Below, piece after piece: positions 38,190-51,535 of a stretch of 64,000 nucleotides of DNA. The position numbers and the translations under genes are program-made. Location of the stretch: positions 41,912,001-41,976,000 of the forward strand of contig NC_043003.1 in the NCBI RefSeq assembly GCF_006345805.1, in the 5' to 3' direction. Under the pieces are notes generated by a model, which saw nothing but the letters and a program-made list of their open reading frames with translations, was not told the DNA's origin and did no database searches. The stretch comes from Octopus sinensis (Eukaryota). Numbering within the stretch: position 1 is the first letter of the stretch; each line of letters opens with the position of its first letter.

Positions 38190-39400
38190 AAATGTCACAT
38201 AGTATACAATATCGTGCGGTTGTTGATTGAAGATATCGTGTTTATCGGGGATTTGTACTGTTTATCAAACCATAACAAGGACCTCGGACATACAGTACTT
38301 TACTCAATATGCATGCAGTTCCAAGTAATGCGACTCTTGCATTACATCTAGATTGTAGGGTATCTTTAAGGTTCTCAGATGTTTTTTTTTTCAGATTGGG
38401 TGTTATTGAACCCATTGCTCAGATAATAGGGATAACCTTTATTTTCACTTTCGTACCAGCCACATCTTGGCGATCTCAATTCTCAGGTCTACATATTTAT
38501 CAAATTTTTCATAATTATCAGGCAATTTTGTTTGTCCCTCTGAAAGGTTACTATATGCGGTCTTCAGTGCTCTAACATTTTCTCTGTCTGGAAATCAAGT
38601 TCCCAGACGCTTTTTGCCTTCCTCTTTTCGTTTATTACCTTTTCCAGGGTGTGTTGATACCAAGCACCCGTAACCTCATATCCATAATTCCGGCATAGTA
38701 GCCAGAGAAATGGTTGGAAAGAAAGAGAGGAAAGGGGACGGACAGAAAAAGTCATGGTGGATGCGGGGAATTGAGGGTGATATTCTAAATTTGATTAAAG
38801 ATCTGAGCCGCATAAGAGGGTGGCCCAAGGGGAAACAGAAAAATAGAAAAGAAAATTCAAGGGAATATCTTAACGTGAAGTGCCAAATAGAAAAGAAAGG
38901 GTCCAAAACTGTCATCGAAACCCTAAAACAACGTGTGCGAGCTAAATCATTAAAGGTGGAGCGCTAAACCGATCGCATATCGCAGTTCCAACAAAACTGG
39001 TTATTCTCAAATAACCAGAGGCAGTTTTTTAAGAGCTTAGGGGGAAATATAGAAGATAATACACCTCATGAAGCAGAAGTAACCCACCAATTTTGGAATA
39101 ACGTCTGGAGGCAAGAAATTTTGCACAATCACAGTGCTGAGTGGATTCATTCGTGAGATCCGAACATCATCACCCGGAGGCTCCAAGACAGGACCATATG
39201 CGCATAACAACGGAAGATGACATTGTACAGATATCAAAACTGCCAAACAAAAAAAGATTATGCATGGCCTAGATAGACTTCAGAAAGCCTTACGACATGT
39301 CGACGCGTTCGTGGATTTTGGAAACGCTCGACATGTGTGGAATAGCTGAGAACTTTTGTGCACTGATTAAGAACAGCATGTTGGAAAACACGTCTTTCCT
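38190..39400. mobile_element. Degraded R4/Dong-clade LINE with internal inversion (3' RLE part on minus, pre-RT/RT part on plus)
   Basis: Minus strand 38705 to 38290 gives WLLCRNYGY...WYQHTLEKV, VIPII*AMGSI and VALLGTACILSKVL (matches the C-terminus of the 29.8 kb ORF). Plus strand 38705-39400 gives WWMRGIEGDI...IETLKQRVRAK...QFQQNWLFSNNQRQFFKSLG...FWNNVW, then an AWIDF/PYD/SWILETL-like RT segment. Confidence 0.85.
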
Positions 39401-40495
39401 GTAACAACCAGCACTTAGTAAATTATTATTTACTTCTCTTAATGCGTTTTCACAAATACTGTAAGACGATGTTGGTACGAGTTAATTCGTTCGTTCATCG
39501 ATGTCAATACCATTCTGTCAGCTTGATACTCGTGGTAATGTAAAAATGAAAGAAAGGAAATACACACACACACACACACATACAAAGATGCTTGTATATG
39601 TTTGTGTATGTGCGCGTATATGCGCATGCGTAGAAGCAGTAGATGTGGAAGTGTGGTCTTGTGTTTTTGTTACAACGTATATTATATTAGTAATTTTGTA
39701 TTTTGCTTTGTCAACATCAATACTTGGATTCTATAATTTTATTGCTTATATGTTTGTGATGCCGTTTTATTATTTTCTTAATCAGTATACACGAGTAGTT
39801 CTCCACCTAAAGCCATTATTTCAATATTATTTAATTTTTTTTTTAATTACTAGTGTTTAATTCATAAGTAGTGCTTCTCTGGTGGGGTTTAGTGTAATGA
39901 CATTTATAGCCCAAAGTTATAATTCTAAGTTTTAGCAATTGTCTACATTTCCATCTTCAGATATTGCTGTTATTGCAGTCTATTAAAAATATAGATAACT
40001 TTTCGTTATTTTGTTTATCTGTATATATTATCAAATTTATCTTACCGTGTTTTGTCAAGTTCAGTAGGTTTGGTACTTGAAAGATTCATGTCAACAACGT
40101 TTTAAATATATATCTTTATATAAATTATATATCTTTATATAAAAATGGTACATGGAAATGAAAATGTGCATGGGATACAAGAATTTCACAGGTACCAGAG
40201 ATGTATTTACGGGTATAGGAAACGGAAATTTATTCAGTTTTGTTAGAATACAAATGCAAAACATAGGCTAGACCCTAAATGAATTATAAACAGAAATACC
40301 GTGTACAATAATGTAAACGGATGGGTATGGAAATTTATCATATTAACAAATCATGTGAAAGAGGCGCACACTACCCTCATGTTACCTAAAGAAACAGTAT
40401 TTAAATAACACAAATGCGTTTCAAATAGTCCGATGTGTGTGCGTGTGTGTGCATGTATGTATGTAGTTTTATACAGGCATGCACGTACGAATGTT

Positions 40496-40544
<49 letters not shown>

Positions 40545-40665
40545 ACACACTCACACACACATATATACGTATATATATATGTGTGTATACGCCATGATAG
40601 ATCGTTAGCGACTACACACATTTTTTCTCTCCTTGTTATTTTCTCTCCTTGTGTTTTCTGTATCC

Positions 40666-40701
40666 CTTTCTGTAGAAGAGCGTAGGCTCGAAACGTAAAA
40701 G
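40666..40701 (+). ncRNA. Minimal hammerhead-like motif (Penelope type), one core substitution
   Basis: CTTT-CTGTAGA-A-GAGC-GTAG-GCTC-GAAA-CG-TA-AAAG. Stems I and II are perfect and stem III is the palindrome ACGT; A6 is replaced by T. Confidence 0.55.
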
Positions 40702-40790
40702 ACTTTTTCTATTCCTTAGCGTTATACTAATACATCTGTTTGTTTTGTACACCACCTGTCTTCGTCTTTTGGGTTTCTTTCGTAAACTCT

Positions 40791-40835
<45 letters not shown>

Positions 40836-41252
40836 TGCATATGTATGCGTATGTGTGTGCGGTGCTTGTGTGAGAGAGAAAGTGAGAGTGTGAGCAAGAG
40901 AGAGACAGACAAACAACAGACAGATAGACAGAGAGAGCCAGACCGAAAGACATATATACAGGCAGGCTGGCAGAGAAATTGTCTCTTGCATTTTGACCAA
41001 TTGATGAATTACGGACTTGGTGAAAGATCCCCGTCATATGACTGCATCTTTTTATTGAATACCTCCTAACATGCGCGCCTCACTCTTTGGTAAGGAAGCT
41101 CGCTTTGCATCCACGTGGTTTCTAATTCCGTCCCTCCCTGGGCAAGTGTATTCTCCTTTAGTTCCGGGCAGACTAATAACTCAATGCCTTGTGAGTGAGC
41201 TTGGTAGAAGTGATTGTGTTCAAGACCATCGTATGTTTGTACGAGCGCGCGT

Positions 41253-41358
<106 letters not shown>

Positions 41359-41571
41359 TATATATACACTCTTTCTCTTTACCCTTTTACTTGTTTCAGC
41401 CATGCTGGAGCACCGCCTTTAGTCGAGCAAATCAACCCCAGGACTTATCTTTGGAAGCCTAGTACTTACTCTATAGATCTCTTTTGCCGAACCACTACGT
41501 TACGGGGACGTAAACATACCAGCATCAGTTGTCAAGCAATGTGGGGGGCACAAACAGACACACAAGCTCAC

Positions 41572-41643
<72 letters not shown>

Positions 41644-43664
41644 CGACGGGCTTACAGTTTCCGTCTACCAAATCCACTCACAAGGCTTAACAATCGGTGT
41701 TGTTTTGTTTAAATTCCTGTAATTTAGTGCTACGGCAAAAAACAAATCGAATAAATACCTCATTAAAATTAACACGAAATGGGTTCTATTTATTTGGATA
41801 AAACCATTTAAGGCGGTTCTCCAGCATAGCCACACACTAATGACTCAAACAAATAAAAGCTGAAATGTACTAATTTAACTCGACTTTTAATTATTTACAT
41901 ATTCTTTTATTTTTCCCCAGCTTTCAGTCGTTGAAACGTACCAGTGCTGCAGTATTATCATAAAGCCCATACTTAATCATATCATTCCGAGCTACCTATT
42001 TTAGTTTCGTTAATTACTATATCAAATTCTGTTCCTCGAACCACTGTTTCTCGACATCACGTCTTTTATTTGAATATATCAATTTCAGAACCATGTCTGC
42101 GACCATAAGCTTTGCCTAGTCATATTATCACAAAATTCATACAAACATTTTCTCATTAATTTTGTTTTCCTTTACAACTCTTATACTTCACTTATCTAAG
42201 TTAAACCACGTGTGTATTTGTTAATTTCGTGCTTCGCAATCGTTTTGCTTCAAAAATCAATGTGTTCAAATCATACTTATGAAATTATGCTTAGACCTCA
42301 AACATTTCGATTCCCTTGGCGAAGGTTTATTCTTTGTTTTAGAGCTAGAAATCAATTTGTAATACGAAGATACGCCATTTATAAAGCAGCTGTATAGAAG
42401 GAAAATATTGATAATACATAGCAATAGTTTTGAAGTCTCTCTCTCGTGTTATGTTTGATTTGCATAATAATACTCTTTTATTATTATTATTAATGAAAAT
42501 ATTTCATTGATGAAGTTATAATATTGTATTGATTTGGGGGGAACATACTATTAACGTTATTGGTAATAAAGTAGTGGCGTAGGAGTTATCATATCGGGGC
42601 TGTAATGATATTGCAATTGTATTTGTAATGATATGTGTTATGTTGTTGATAACGTGCTGATAGTGGTGATAATATTCAACCGGTATTGACAGGGATATTA
42701 TACTGACGGTGTAACAGTATTGTCCTTGTGTTGGTGATGATGTTATATTCATGTTGATGATAACCTATTTATTGATGGTGGTGATAAAATTCAACTGGTA
42801 TTGATGAGAGAATTTTATTGATGGTGAGATAATTTGCGTTCTATCTATATTGGTGTAAATGTTATATTTATATTGGTGATAATATTTGGCTGATGCCCGT
42901 GATAATACTGTAGTGTTTTAGATAATAATATAATGCAGTCTAGTCTATATGTTCAGTAGAATATACAATATGTCGAAGTACATAACTGAACATACGGAAA
43001 ACAGCAATCTAAGCTTACAATCTCCTTTACATACATACACACAAATTCAAGCACAAGTACAAAGTTACACAGAGATGTGTGTGTCTATACATGATCTACA
43101 AAAACACATGAAGCAACACGTACACATACGTACAGACACACAAACACGCACATACATGCACACACGCAAAGAGAAATTTCCCCTGAAATTATAAAAAGCG
43201 AATAGATAATTGTCGAGTTAATTATTCTTGAGTTAATGGTTTTTTTGTTAATTCCTCGGAGACTTTCAGGAATCAAATCTCTGCTGTTAAGTAAAGAAAA
43301 AAAAACAAAAACAACACAGCAAATAAAAAGAGAAACGAAAAACAAAACAATGTACAATAACCTTCAATAAATATACAAGAATAAATAGATTAAAATTCAA
43401 CGTTTATCAAGAGTATATTACAAACAGTAAATAAATCAAAAACTGAGGGGAAAAAAATGACGAGATAAATTCAATTATCGAATGTTATAAATGTTTGATT
43501 CTGATTGGGTTTGGTCAGGAAACAGAAGTAGTGCAACAACTCCAACAGAGAAAATTACATTTTTCTTACATGTTGACACAAACATTAGCACCTCGACTAT
43601 TAATTCAGCAAAATAAAAATGATGATGATGATGTTAATAATAATAATAATAATAATAATAATTG

Positions 43665-43729
43665 ATTGATTGATTGATTGATTGATTCTAGTTTCAGCTC
43701 ATGAGCTGTGACCATGCTGGGGCACCGCC
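43665..43729 (-). mobile_element. Isolated LINE/SINE 3' tail with (CAAT)n repeat
   Basis: Minus: GGCGGTGCCCCAGCATGGTCACAGCTCATGAGCTGAAACTAG followed by AATC repeats. Confidence 0.7.
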
Positions 43730-43830
<101 letters not shown>

Positions 43831-46318
43831 TGTAACGGCAATGATGGCCGTCTCCCCACGAGCCAATCAAAGCTAAAAAATGATAACATTATCGTAGCAC
43901 CAAAATGTTTTTGGAAACTAAAAGGAAAACTAAATCAGTATACCAAATCGCTTGTCCTATGGTTAATCTGGAAGCGCGTCCCCCAGGGAAGAGCCAGCCT
44001 GGGATCGAAAAGTCATTAACTGGCACAAACTCTTATCCGAATACGGACATGGATGGTCACTTGAACGGGAAATCCCCCAACTCGAGCCCTCCAAGTTCAC
44101 CACCACAACCACCACAGAAAGAAAAATGTAAGCGGAACAGATGGACCCGAGAAGAGTATAAAGAAGTAATATACGCTTATCACTATGCATTAGGTAGCCC
44201 ATCTCAAGAGAGACACACCGCAAACTCTTACAGTATATGGAGAACACGGAATCAAGACAGTAGGCCCTATTTGGACGAGAACAAATTAGCAAATGTGAGG
44301 AGGGATATCTTTAGAAATAACAGACTCACAGACAGTGAAATAAGCGCGATCAAGCACGCAACGGAAAATGACATAAATATAAGACACAAAGGAAATGAAG
44401 AATCAGATGAACAGTATAGCCCGCACGAGGCTTAATTGAAAGACTGCCATCTGACCAAAGTACGCAAAGGCCTGAAGATACAAGAAATTCTATTGTACCT
44501 GTTAAAGATAGCCAGGAAAACGAAAAAACAACAGTAACTGAAGATCTCGCATTTGCTGAAGAACACAGAGAGTCTATAGCAGAAATGAGGCAGAAAATCC
44601 TGAATACGCTTGAAGTTGTAAGACATACAAGTATGAATGATAGAGAACCGCTTCATAAACTCTCAAATACAAACCAAAATAAAAGACAAATCCAAATTGG
44701 CAACTATGTAACAAATGAAATAATACGAGAATTAAAACCTGATTTTACTGAGTTAAGTGAAATTATTTACGCTTCTGCTAGGGCAATTGAAACCAGCTGT
44801 ATGCCCCCGAAAAAAGAAAGAAAACAAAACCTGGGAAGAAATCAAACCTGGAGAAGTAAAATTGAAAAAGAGATTGAATTTATGAGAGGGGAAATATCAA
44901 TATTAAATGAACTAATATGTGGAAATGATGTAAGATCCAGAACAGGAAGAAAGTTCCAGTTGTTACTTATAGCTACAATGTGATGAACTGGAATATGAGT
45001 GAAGTAAAGAATATAGATAGAAAAATACGCAAGCTGCTGAGTTGTAATAGGATGCACCACCCAAAGGCAGACGTAGATCGCCTTTACCTTCGCAGAGCCC
45101 AAGGAGGTCGAGGCCTGATCCAATTTGAACTAGCTTACAAAACAACCACAATTGGACTGGCCAAATATCTCGAAATATCGAATGACTGGATGCTAAAGCT
45201 CGTGGAAAATCACGAGAGACGAAAGAAGCTTCATTCTATCATCAAGGAAAGCAAAAAAATTGCTATTGATCTCGTGCAGGATACCCAAACTGAACAACCC
45301 GAGGGAAGTACGGCAACTATTGTTGCAAAGAAGGTGAAAATGATGGCAATGAAAAAAGCGCACGAGCAATTGGCTGATAGGTGGGAGGAGAAACCTCTGC
45401 ACGGCAAATATGTGACCCGCAGCAAACAAGCTGATATTGACCAGAAGCAACCCATCAGTGGCTGCGGAGCTCAGGGCTAAAAGCAGAGAGCGAAGGTTTC
45501 ATCCTGGCTGCTCAAGACGAAAGCCTATCAACCCGGAACTACCAGGCCAATGTGATGAAAAATGGAGCAGACCCAAAATGCCGATTCTGCAACGACATGA
45601 TTGAAACAGTGGACCACCTAATCTCTGGATGTAAAGTCTTAGCACCAGTGGAGTATAAATTAAGTTATGACAGAGTTGGCCAATATCTCCACTGGCTAAT
45701 AAGTCGGCATTACAATATCAAAACTGCCGACAAGTGGTATAATCACCACCCTGAGGCTGTAACTGAAGGAGAAAATGTAACCATTCTGTGGGACTTTCCA
45801 GTACATACAGACCGAACCATCAAGGCCAATAAACCAGATATTGTTGTGAAAGACCAAAACAATAAAGTTGCTTATTGATCGACATGAGCATCCCCTGTGA
45901 TCATAATATCTCAGCGAAAGAGTTTGACAAGCTCAGAAAATATAAAGACCTACTCATTGAAATTGAGAAAATGTGGCATCTCAAGGCGGTTACAATACCA
46001 GTGATCGTAGGAGCACTAGGAATGATCAAGAAGGGAACCGAAAATTATATGAGAATGATCCCTGGCTTACCATCCTTTCAAGAAGTGCAAAAGATTGTCT
46101 TAACTGGTACATCACACGTATTGAGAAGAGCATTGTCGATGTGAGAACTGTTGCTGCTCATGTATTTTAATTTAACTTAAAAAAAAAATTAAAAAAAAAT
46201 GAACGAACTACTGAGTTTGGTTTAATGGCCTACCAATATACACTATGAGTTTCTTTGCCCTAGGAGTCGGGAAGACACTCGGCAAGAAATGGAAGAAAAT
46301 TTGAAAGAAGAAAAATAA

Positions 46319-46320
<2 letters not shown>
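43831..46320 (+). mobile_element. R4/Dong-clade LINE with both ends present but the RT domain deleted; frameshifted
   Basis: (TAA)n 43729-43830 and (AAT)n from 46321. N-terminal ORFs 43905-44435 (RWTREEYKEV motif) and 44585-44983 jump at ~44952 directly to post-RT sequence (PVVTYSYNVMNW, MHHPKADVDRLY), then CRFCNDMIETVDHLISGC, KPDIVV and IDMSIP...KLRKY. No YMDD region. Confidence 0.9.
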
Positions 46321-46359
<39 letters not shown>

Positions 46360-46379
46360 TAATAATAATAATAATAATA

Positions 46380-46415
<36 letters not shown>

Positions 46416-47489
46416 TATAATCAATGCATATACAGATAAAATACCAGATCAATGTCTATACCTTCAACAGGAGATACATTTATTGCAACTCTCGAATGGT
46501 TTTTCTCTCACTCGAATTTTAGTTCGAAGGAAAAGAAAAACATGTTGGACAATAGAGTGTACGGGAGATAAGTGGGAGGACCGTGGCTGGCTGGAATACA
46601 TTTGATCATATATGTATTCTATCGAAGCTGACGTGGGAGATGAGCAACGAGAAAGTTGTATCTAAGCAGTCTTTCAGCCTGCAAGTAACAGCAGTTAAAC
46701 TAGTGTCAGATCACAAACTAAAATTTTAAGCATAGGAAAAACAAATTAGATAATGTCGTCACAGCTAAGATATGATTGATACAATGACTAAATTGCCCAA
46801 GCTGGAATACATTCTTTGATAAGTGCGTTCAATCAAAACTAAATTTGGTTTCCTACCTTAGATGCGTAAAACGAGCAGAGCGCGAGTTCTTAATCAGGTT
46901 CCTATTTAAGGTAAGAGAATAAGGGAAAGTTATCCTAACATGGCTATCACACCCGATAGTAATAATTTCTACGTATTATTAGTGTTGACTCCTATAACTG
47001 CAGCAAATAACACTAATACCTCGAATCGAAATGTATCACCATCATTCCTAACACCACTAACACAACAGCAATCACCATTTCAAACATCAATACATCGAGT
47101 ATTAAAGTGTCCCCACCTTTACCAACACAACAAATATATGGGCGACCATTCCAATACTGATGCCACGGGCCTAAATTACCAACGTCGCTAAGATCACGAC
47201 TACCACTACCATTCACGCCTATCCCTAGAACCAAAAACCGTCACTATCATTGCGAACAACACTAACACTATGACATCAGCTACTACGAAACCTTACGTGC
47301 TATCCATTGCAACATAACAATCGTCATGAGACTCCTGTACGATGAAGTAATCACTATAAAAGTCATTATGACAACTAACATATAAATGACACCAGTATTG
47401 CGGAACACAGTCTAAGTTAATTGCTGCTTGAAAAAAAATATATTTTCGGTGTAATGACTTCCAACATTTGTCTAGACTTTCAGAACTGA

Positions 47490-47835
47490 TATTCTTTTCT
47501 TCTGTTATTCTTTTATATGCTTCAGGTTTGCGACTGCGGCCATGCTGGGGCTCCAACTGTGTAGTCACCTGTTAATTTACCAATTCTGTGAGTTTGGTAT
47601 GCAAAAGAATCTGTTCAGTACGGTACAAAATGGTGCCACGACTTGAAGAAAATGGCTTACCAACTACAGACCTGCAGAGGATCAGTGAAATACTGAATGT
47701 GCAATACAAGAATGCTTTCACCACTCCACTGGAACATTTGCAAGTAGCTCTGACCGATGAGATATTTGGCTCCATAGATCTACACAACAAAATGATAATC
47801 TTGACCAAGATTAATCAGCCAAAATTGCGAGGATG
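47490..47835. mobile_element. CR1-like LINE fragments: ORF2 tether region on plus, 3' tail on minus
   Basis: Plus 47588-47836 gives RISEILNVQYKNAFTTPL (pre-RT linker motif). Minus 47580 to 47495 carries CCCCAGCATGGCCGCAG...GAAGCATATAAAAGAAT, the same tail class as 63.55 kb. Confidence 0.55.
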
Positions 47836-47969
47836 ATCCGATTCTTGACTGAGGATAGAAAGCTTCGAATGACACGTCCTTGTTTTTTGTATTGTCTATC
47901 TGGATGTTTTGTTGTCCCTTTTTGCATCACCTAGTTGTCCAGATGTTTTGCATTCTTATCTCATTCTGG

Positions 47970-48010
<41 letters not shown>

Positions 48011-48431
48011 GTAACAGAAAAGAGGAATTTCGGTTGTCCCCACGTGGTGGATTGTAATGTATATAAGAAAAATAAAAACGGAAAATACGCACACTTACAT
48101 GGTTATAGTATAATTTTTTATGTATCGACCGGTTTCGCAATCGCTATTCATGATACAATGTTTAATTTATATGAATTTTTTTTTCTTAAGAAGAAAATTG
48201 GTCCATGTTGTTTATAATGAGATTCACGAGTGAATGATTTTACAAGTTGACAAGTAAAGGGAGGTAATTGGTTGTTATTATTGTTATTGTTGTCTGTAAG
48301 GGAGATAACTGTTTAGGTTTTGGGTGAGGAAAAATATGTGTACAGAAAGGAGACAGGTTTAAAAAAGGGGGCCTTTTGTAGTAGGGGATTTATGTACAGT
48401 GGTGTAATATGTAAAAATATATAAAAATTGG

Positions 48432-48986
48432 TTATGCGTGCTTATTCAGACGCGTTTTGAATTTTTCAATGAAAATAGTTTCTTTATTTAAGCGCTCTAG
48501 TTGAGAGATTGTGTCTTTGCACTGGTAGAAAGGGAAGAGTATAAAATTTGGTTTGATGTTACCTGCACATTTTTCTATCTGTTCACTAAGAGGGATTTGT
48601 CTGTATTGTGGGAAACGGATTTGCTCCTTATGCAGAGTAATTCTCTTCCTCAAAATTAAACTCGTTTGTCCAATGTACTGATGACTGCAACCCGAGCAGG
48701 TTATTACATAAATTAGGTTCTCAGACGCACAGGTGAAACTAGTTTTAATTGTGAACCTCTGACCTTGTTTAAAAAAGAAGTCCGAGCATTCAGCCAGGTG
48801 GGGGCAGGTTCCACAGTTCTGGCGTCCACATTTTTTAACCGTTGGTTTCGTGGTTGTTTTGTAAAGATTCGCATTTGTTAGTAGTCTCTTTCGCGATTTG
48901 TCTTGTTTTTTGCATTTGATGAGTTTGTGTGTTTTCAGGATGTCTTTCATTTTTGGATCTCTAGTTAGTAAAGGTAGAGTTTGCAC
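48432..48986 (-). pseudogene. Penelope GIY-YIG endonuclease domain
   Basis: CGRQNCGTC and NLIYVITCSGCSHQYIGQT...RITLH: GIY-YIG with the Zn-binding Cys/His pattern typical of PLEs. Confidence 0.9.
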
Positions 48987-49093
48987 AATAGTGTTGAATG
49001 CCTCACTGTTTCTGGGGTTGTGTGTTGATATAAAAAGTAATGTTTTGGTTTGAGGTGTGGTGCTATGTTTTTTTGTTCTTAGTGTTTTTGTGT

Positions 49094-50281
49094 CTAATTG
49101 TTTGGCACGTTTAATTCCCTCGTCGATAAGAGAGGGTGGATATTGTCTTTCAATAAGTGTTGTTTTGAGGTCTTGAAGCGAAGGTCCCGAGTTGTTCTAT
49201 CAGACATTATTGTGCAGATCCTTTTTGCTAAGTTAAAAGGGATGTTTATTTTTATGTGCTTCGGGTGGCATGAGTTAAAAAGAAGATATTGTTTTGCGTC
49301 AGTTGGTTTATAATAAATGTCAGTTATGATTTCATTGTTGACTTTTTTTATCATGATGTCCAAAAAAGGAAGTTGTTCTTTATTATATTCCATTGTGAAT
49401 TGAATGTTACTATTTATGTCATTTAGTGTTGTTTTGAAATCCAAAAGTTTGTCGATGTTCTCCTTCCAGATGATAAAACAGTCATCCAAGTATCGCTTCC
49501 AATTTTCTCTTATGTAGAGGTAAAATGGGTAACCATATTTCTGAAGTGATACTTCATATAAGGTGAATTCAAAATAGCCCATTATTAGATTCGCAAGAAC
49601 AGGAGTTGCTTTCGTCCTCATCGCAATTCCGCATTTCTGACGATAGTATGTGTCATCAAACAGGAAATAATTGTTCTGAAGTATACATTTTAAGGATTCA
49701 ATAATAAAGGTCTGGTTTATGCGTTCCGAGAGGACTTTGGGGTACTTTTCCAACCAGAATTTAATTGCTTTCATTCCATAGTCATGGGGGATGTTGGTGT
49801 AAAGATTGATAACATCGAGGGTGACCAATACTGCTTCTGCATTAATCGGTTTTGTTAGGTGTTCTAACATGTCTAAATCATCCCTAATAAAGCTTTTGAT
49901 GTATTTCAGCAAGGGTTTCAGTAGGATGTCTAGAAAATTGCTCTGTCGGTGGGTTTCACAGGCTGGTCCAGCTACAATGGGTCTTAAAGTCAAGTCTTCT
50001 GGCGTTTGGATATTTATATATTTGCCTGGTGATTGTTTGCAGGCTTCATTGATTATCTTCTTCTTGTGTATTTTAGGGAGGCCATAAAAACGACTGGGTT
50101 TACATTTGAAGTTCATGATGTAGTCTGTTTCTTTTTCTGTCAGGCCTTTTCCATGTAGAAGAATTAAGGATACAAGATTTTTCATGGTTTTTTGTTGTTT
50201 ATAGTTTATAATTTTTTCATAGAAGGCCTCGTTTTCTAATATGGAAAGTACTAGTTTTTTATAGTGTTCTGTGTTTATCAA
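49094..50281 (-). pseudogene. Penelope-type reverse transcriptase (frameshifted at the C-terminus)
   Basis: Upstream TIKEADKGSAVV, then FYGLPKIHK, LRPIVAG, TLDVINLYTNIP, RYLDDCF, LPFLDI and YYKPTD; these are PLE RT motifs. Confidence 0.9.
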
Positions 50282-51498
50282 AACTACAGCACTTCCTTTG
50301 TCAGCTTCTTTAATTGTCAGATCGGTGTCGTTTTTTTAGTTCAGTCAGATTTTTCCATTCTAGATTGTTGAGGTTAGGATTAATTTTTCGTTTAATGGAT
50401 GTGTAGGGGAAATTTTGGATATGGTTGCAGTAGTCATCCAGTGTTTTATTCCTACCCTTATGTGGGAGGTAATAACTTATATTTTTGACTAGTGATACAT
50501 CTTCGTTGTCGTAGTCACCTGCGAGACGTAGTTTTCTGCAGAATTCCGAAATATTGTCTTTAATTTCATTATGGTTAGCTCTTCGTAGGGTTGGGGTGAA
50601 CTGTAAACCTTTGGCTATTATATTGATTTTTGTTATGGATAGAGTTTTCTTTGATAAGTTAATGACTTTGGTTTCTCCTGTACGTTTTGTTCCAACGTGT
50701 GTCCCTGTTTCTCTCCACTTGGTCTAAAAAATGTTGATTGAGGTTCGGTTGGTAGAATTTATTATTTGAGTTATTATTGCTATTAATTAAATCAGTATTA
50801 TTAGTATCTATTATATTCGGGTAGCTGGGGAGTTGGTGTTGTTGCCTGGGTAAACTGGTTGGGGACACGTGGTTAGGATCTTCGTTGGAGTGAATTCTTG
50901 GGGTGTTTAATTATGTTGTTTCTTCGTTGAAGGGTAAAAGGGATATCTTGTATATTTCTAGATGCTGGGTAGAAGAAATTATCACTCCTTACTCTAGGCT
51001 GGTTTCTTCTAGTGTTTCTAATAGATGGGTAGTTCCTGTTATTAGATAGAGAATGGCTTACTTCTAAGCGTTGGGTTACTTTACTGTGTTTGTATTCTTT
51101 TGGAATTTGATTGTTTGATCTAGGTGGATGTGTATATGCATTTGTTCTAGATTTTTTAATGAAGGGATTATCTGAAGTGTAGTCTCTTTTAAATTCAGCT
51201 TCATAATTGAGGAAGAAGTTAATACTGTTTTTATATTTTTACATATTACATCACTGTGCATAAATCCCCTACTAAACAAGGCCCCGTTTTTTTTAAACCT
51301 GTCTCCTTTCTGTACGCATATTTTTCCCCACCCAAAACCTAAACAGTTATCTCCCTTACAGACAACAATAACAATAATAACAACCAATTACCTCCCTTTA
51401 CTTGTCAACTTGTAAAATCATTCACTCGTTAATCTCATTATAAACAACATGGACCCATTTTCTTCTTAAGAAAAAAAAAATTCATATAAATTAAACAT

Positions 51499-51535
51499 TG
51501 TATCATGAATAGCGATTGCGAAACCGGTCGATACA
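51499..51535 (+). ncRNA. Degenerate minimal hammerhead-like motif in the Penelope pseudo-LTR (second copy 48121-48157 on minus)
   Basis: TGTATC-ATGAATA-GC-GATT-GC-GAAA-CCGG-TC-GATACA. Stem I is 6 bp with palindromic ACCGGT; the core differs from CTGANGA at two positions. Confidence 0.5.
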
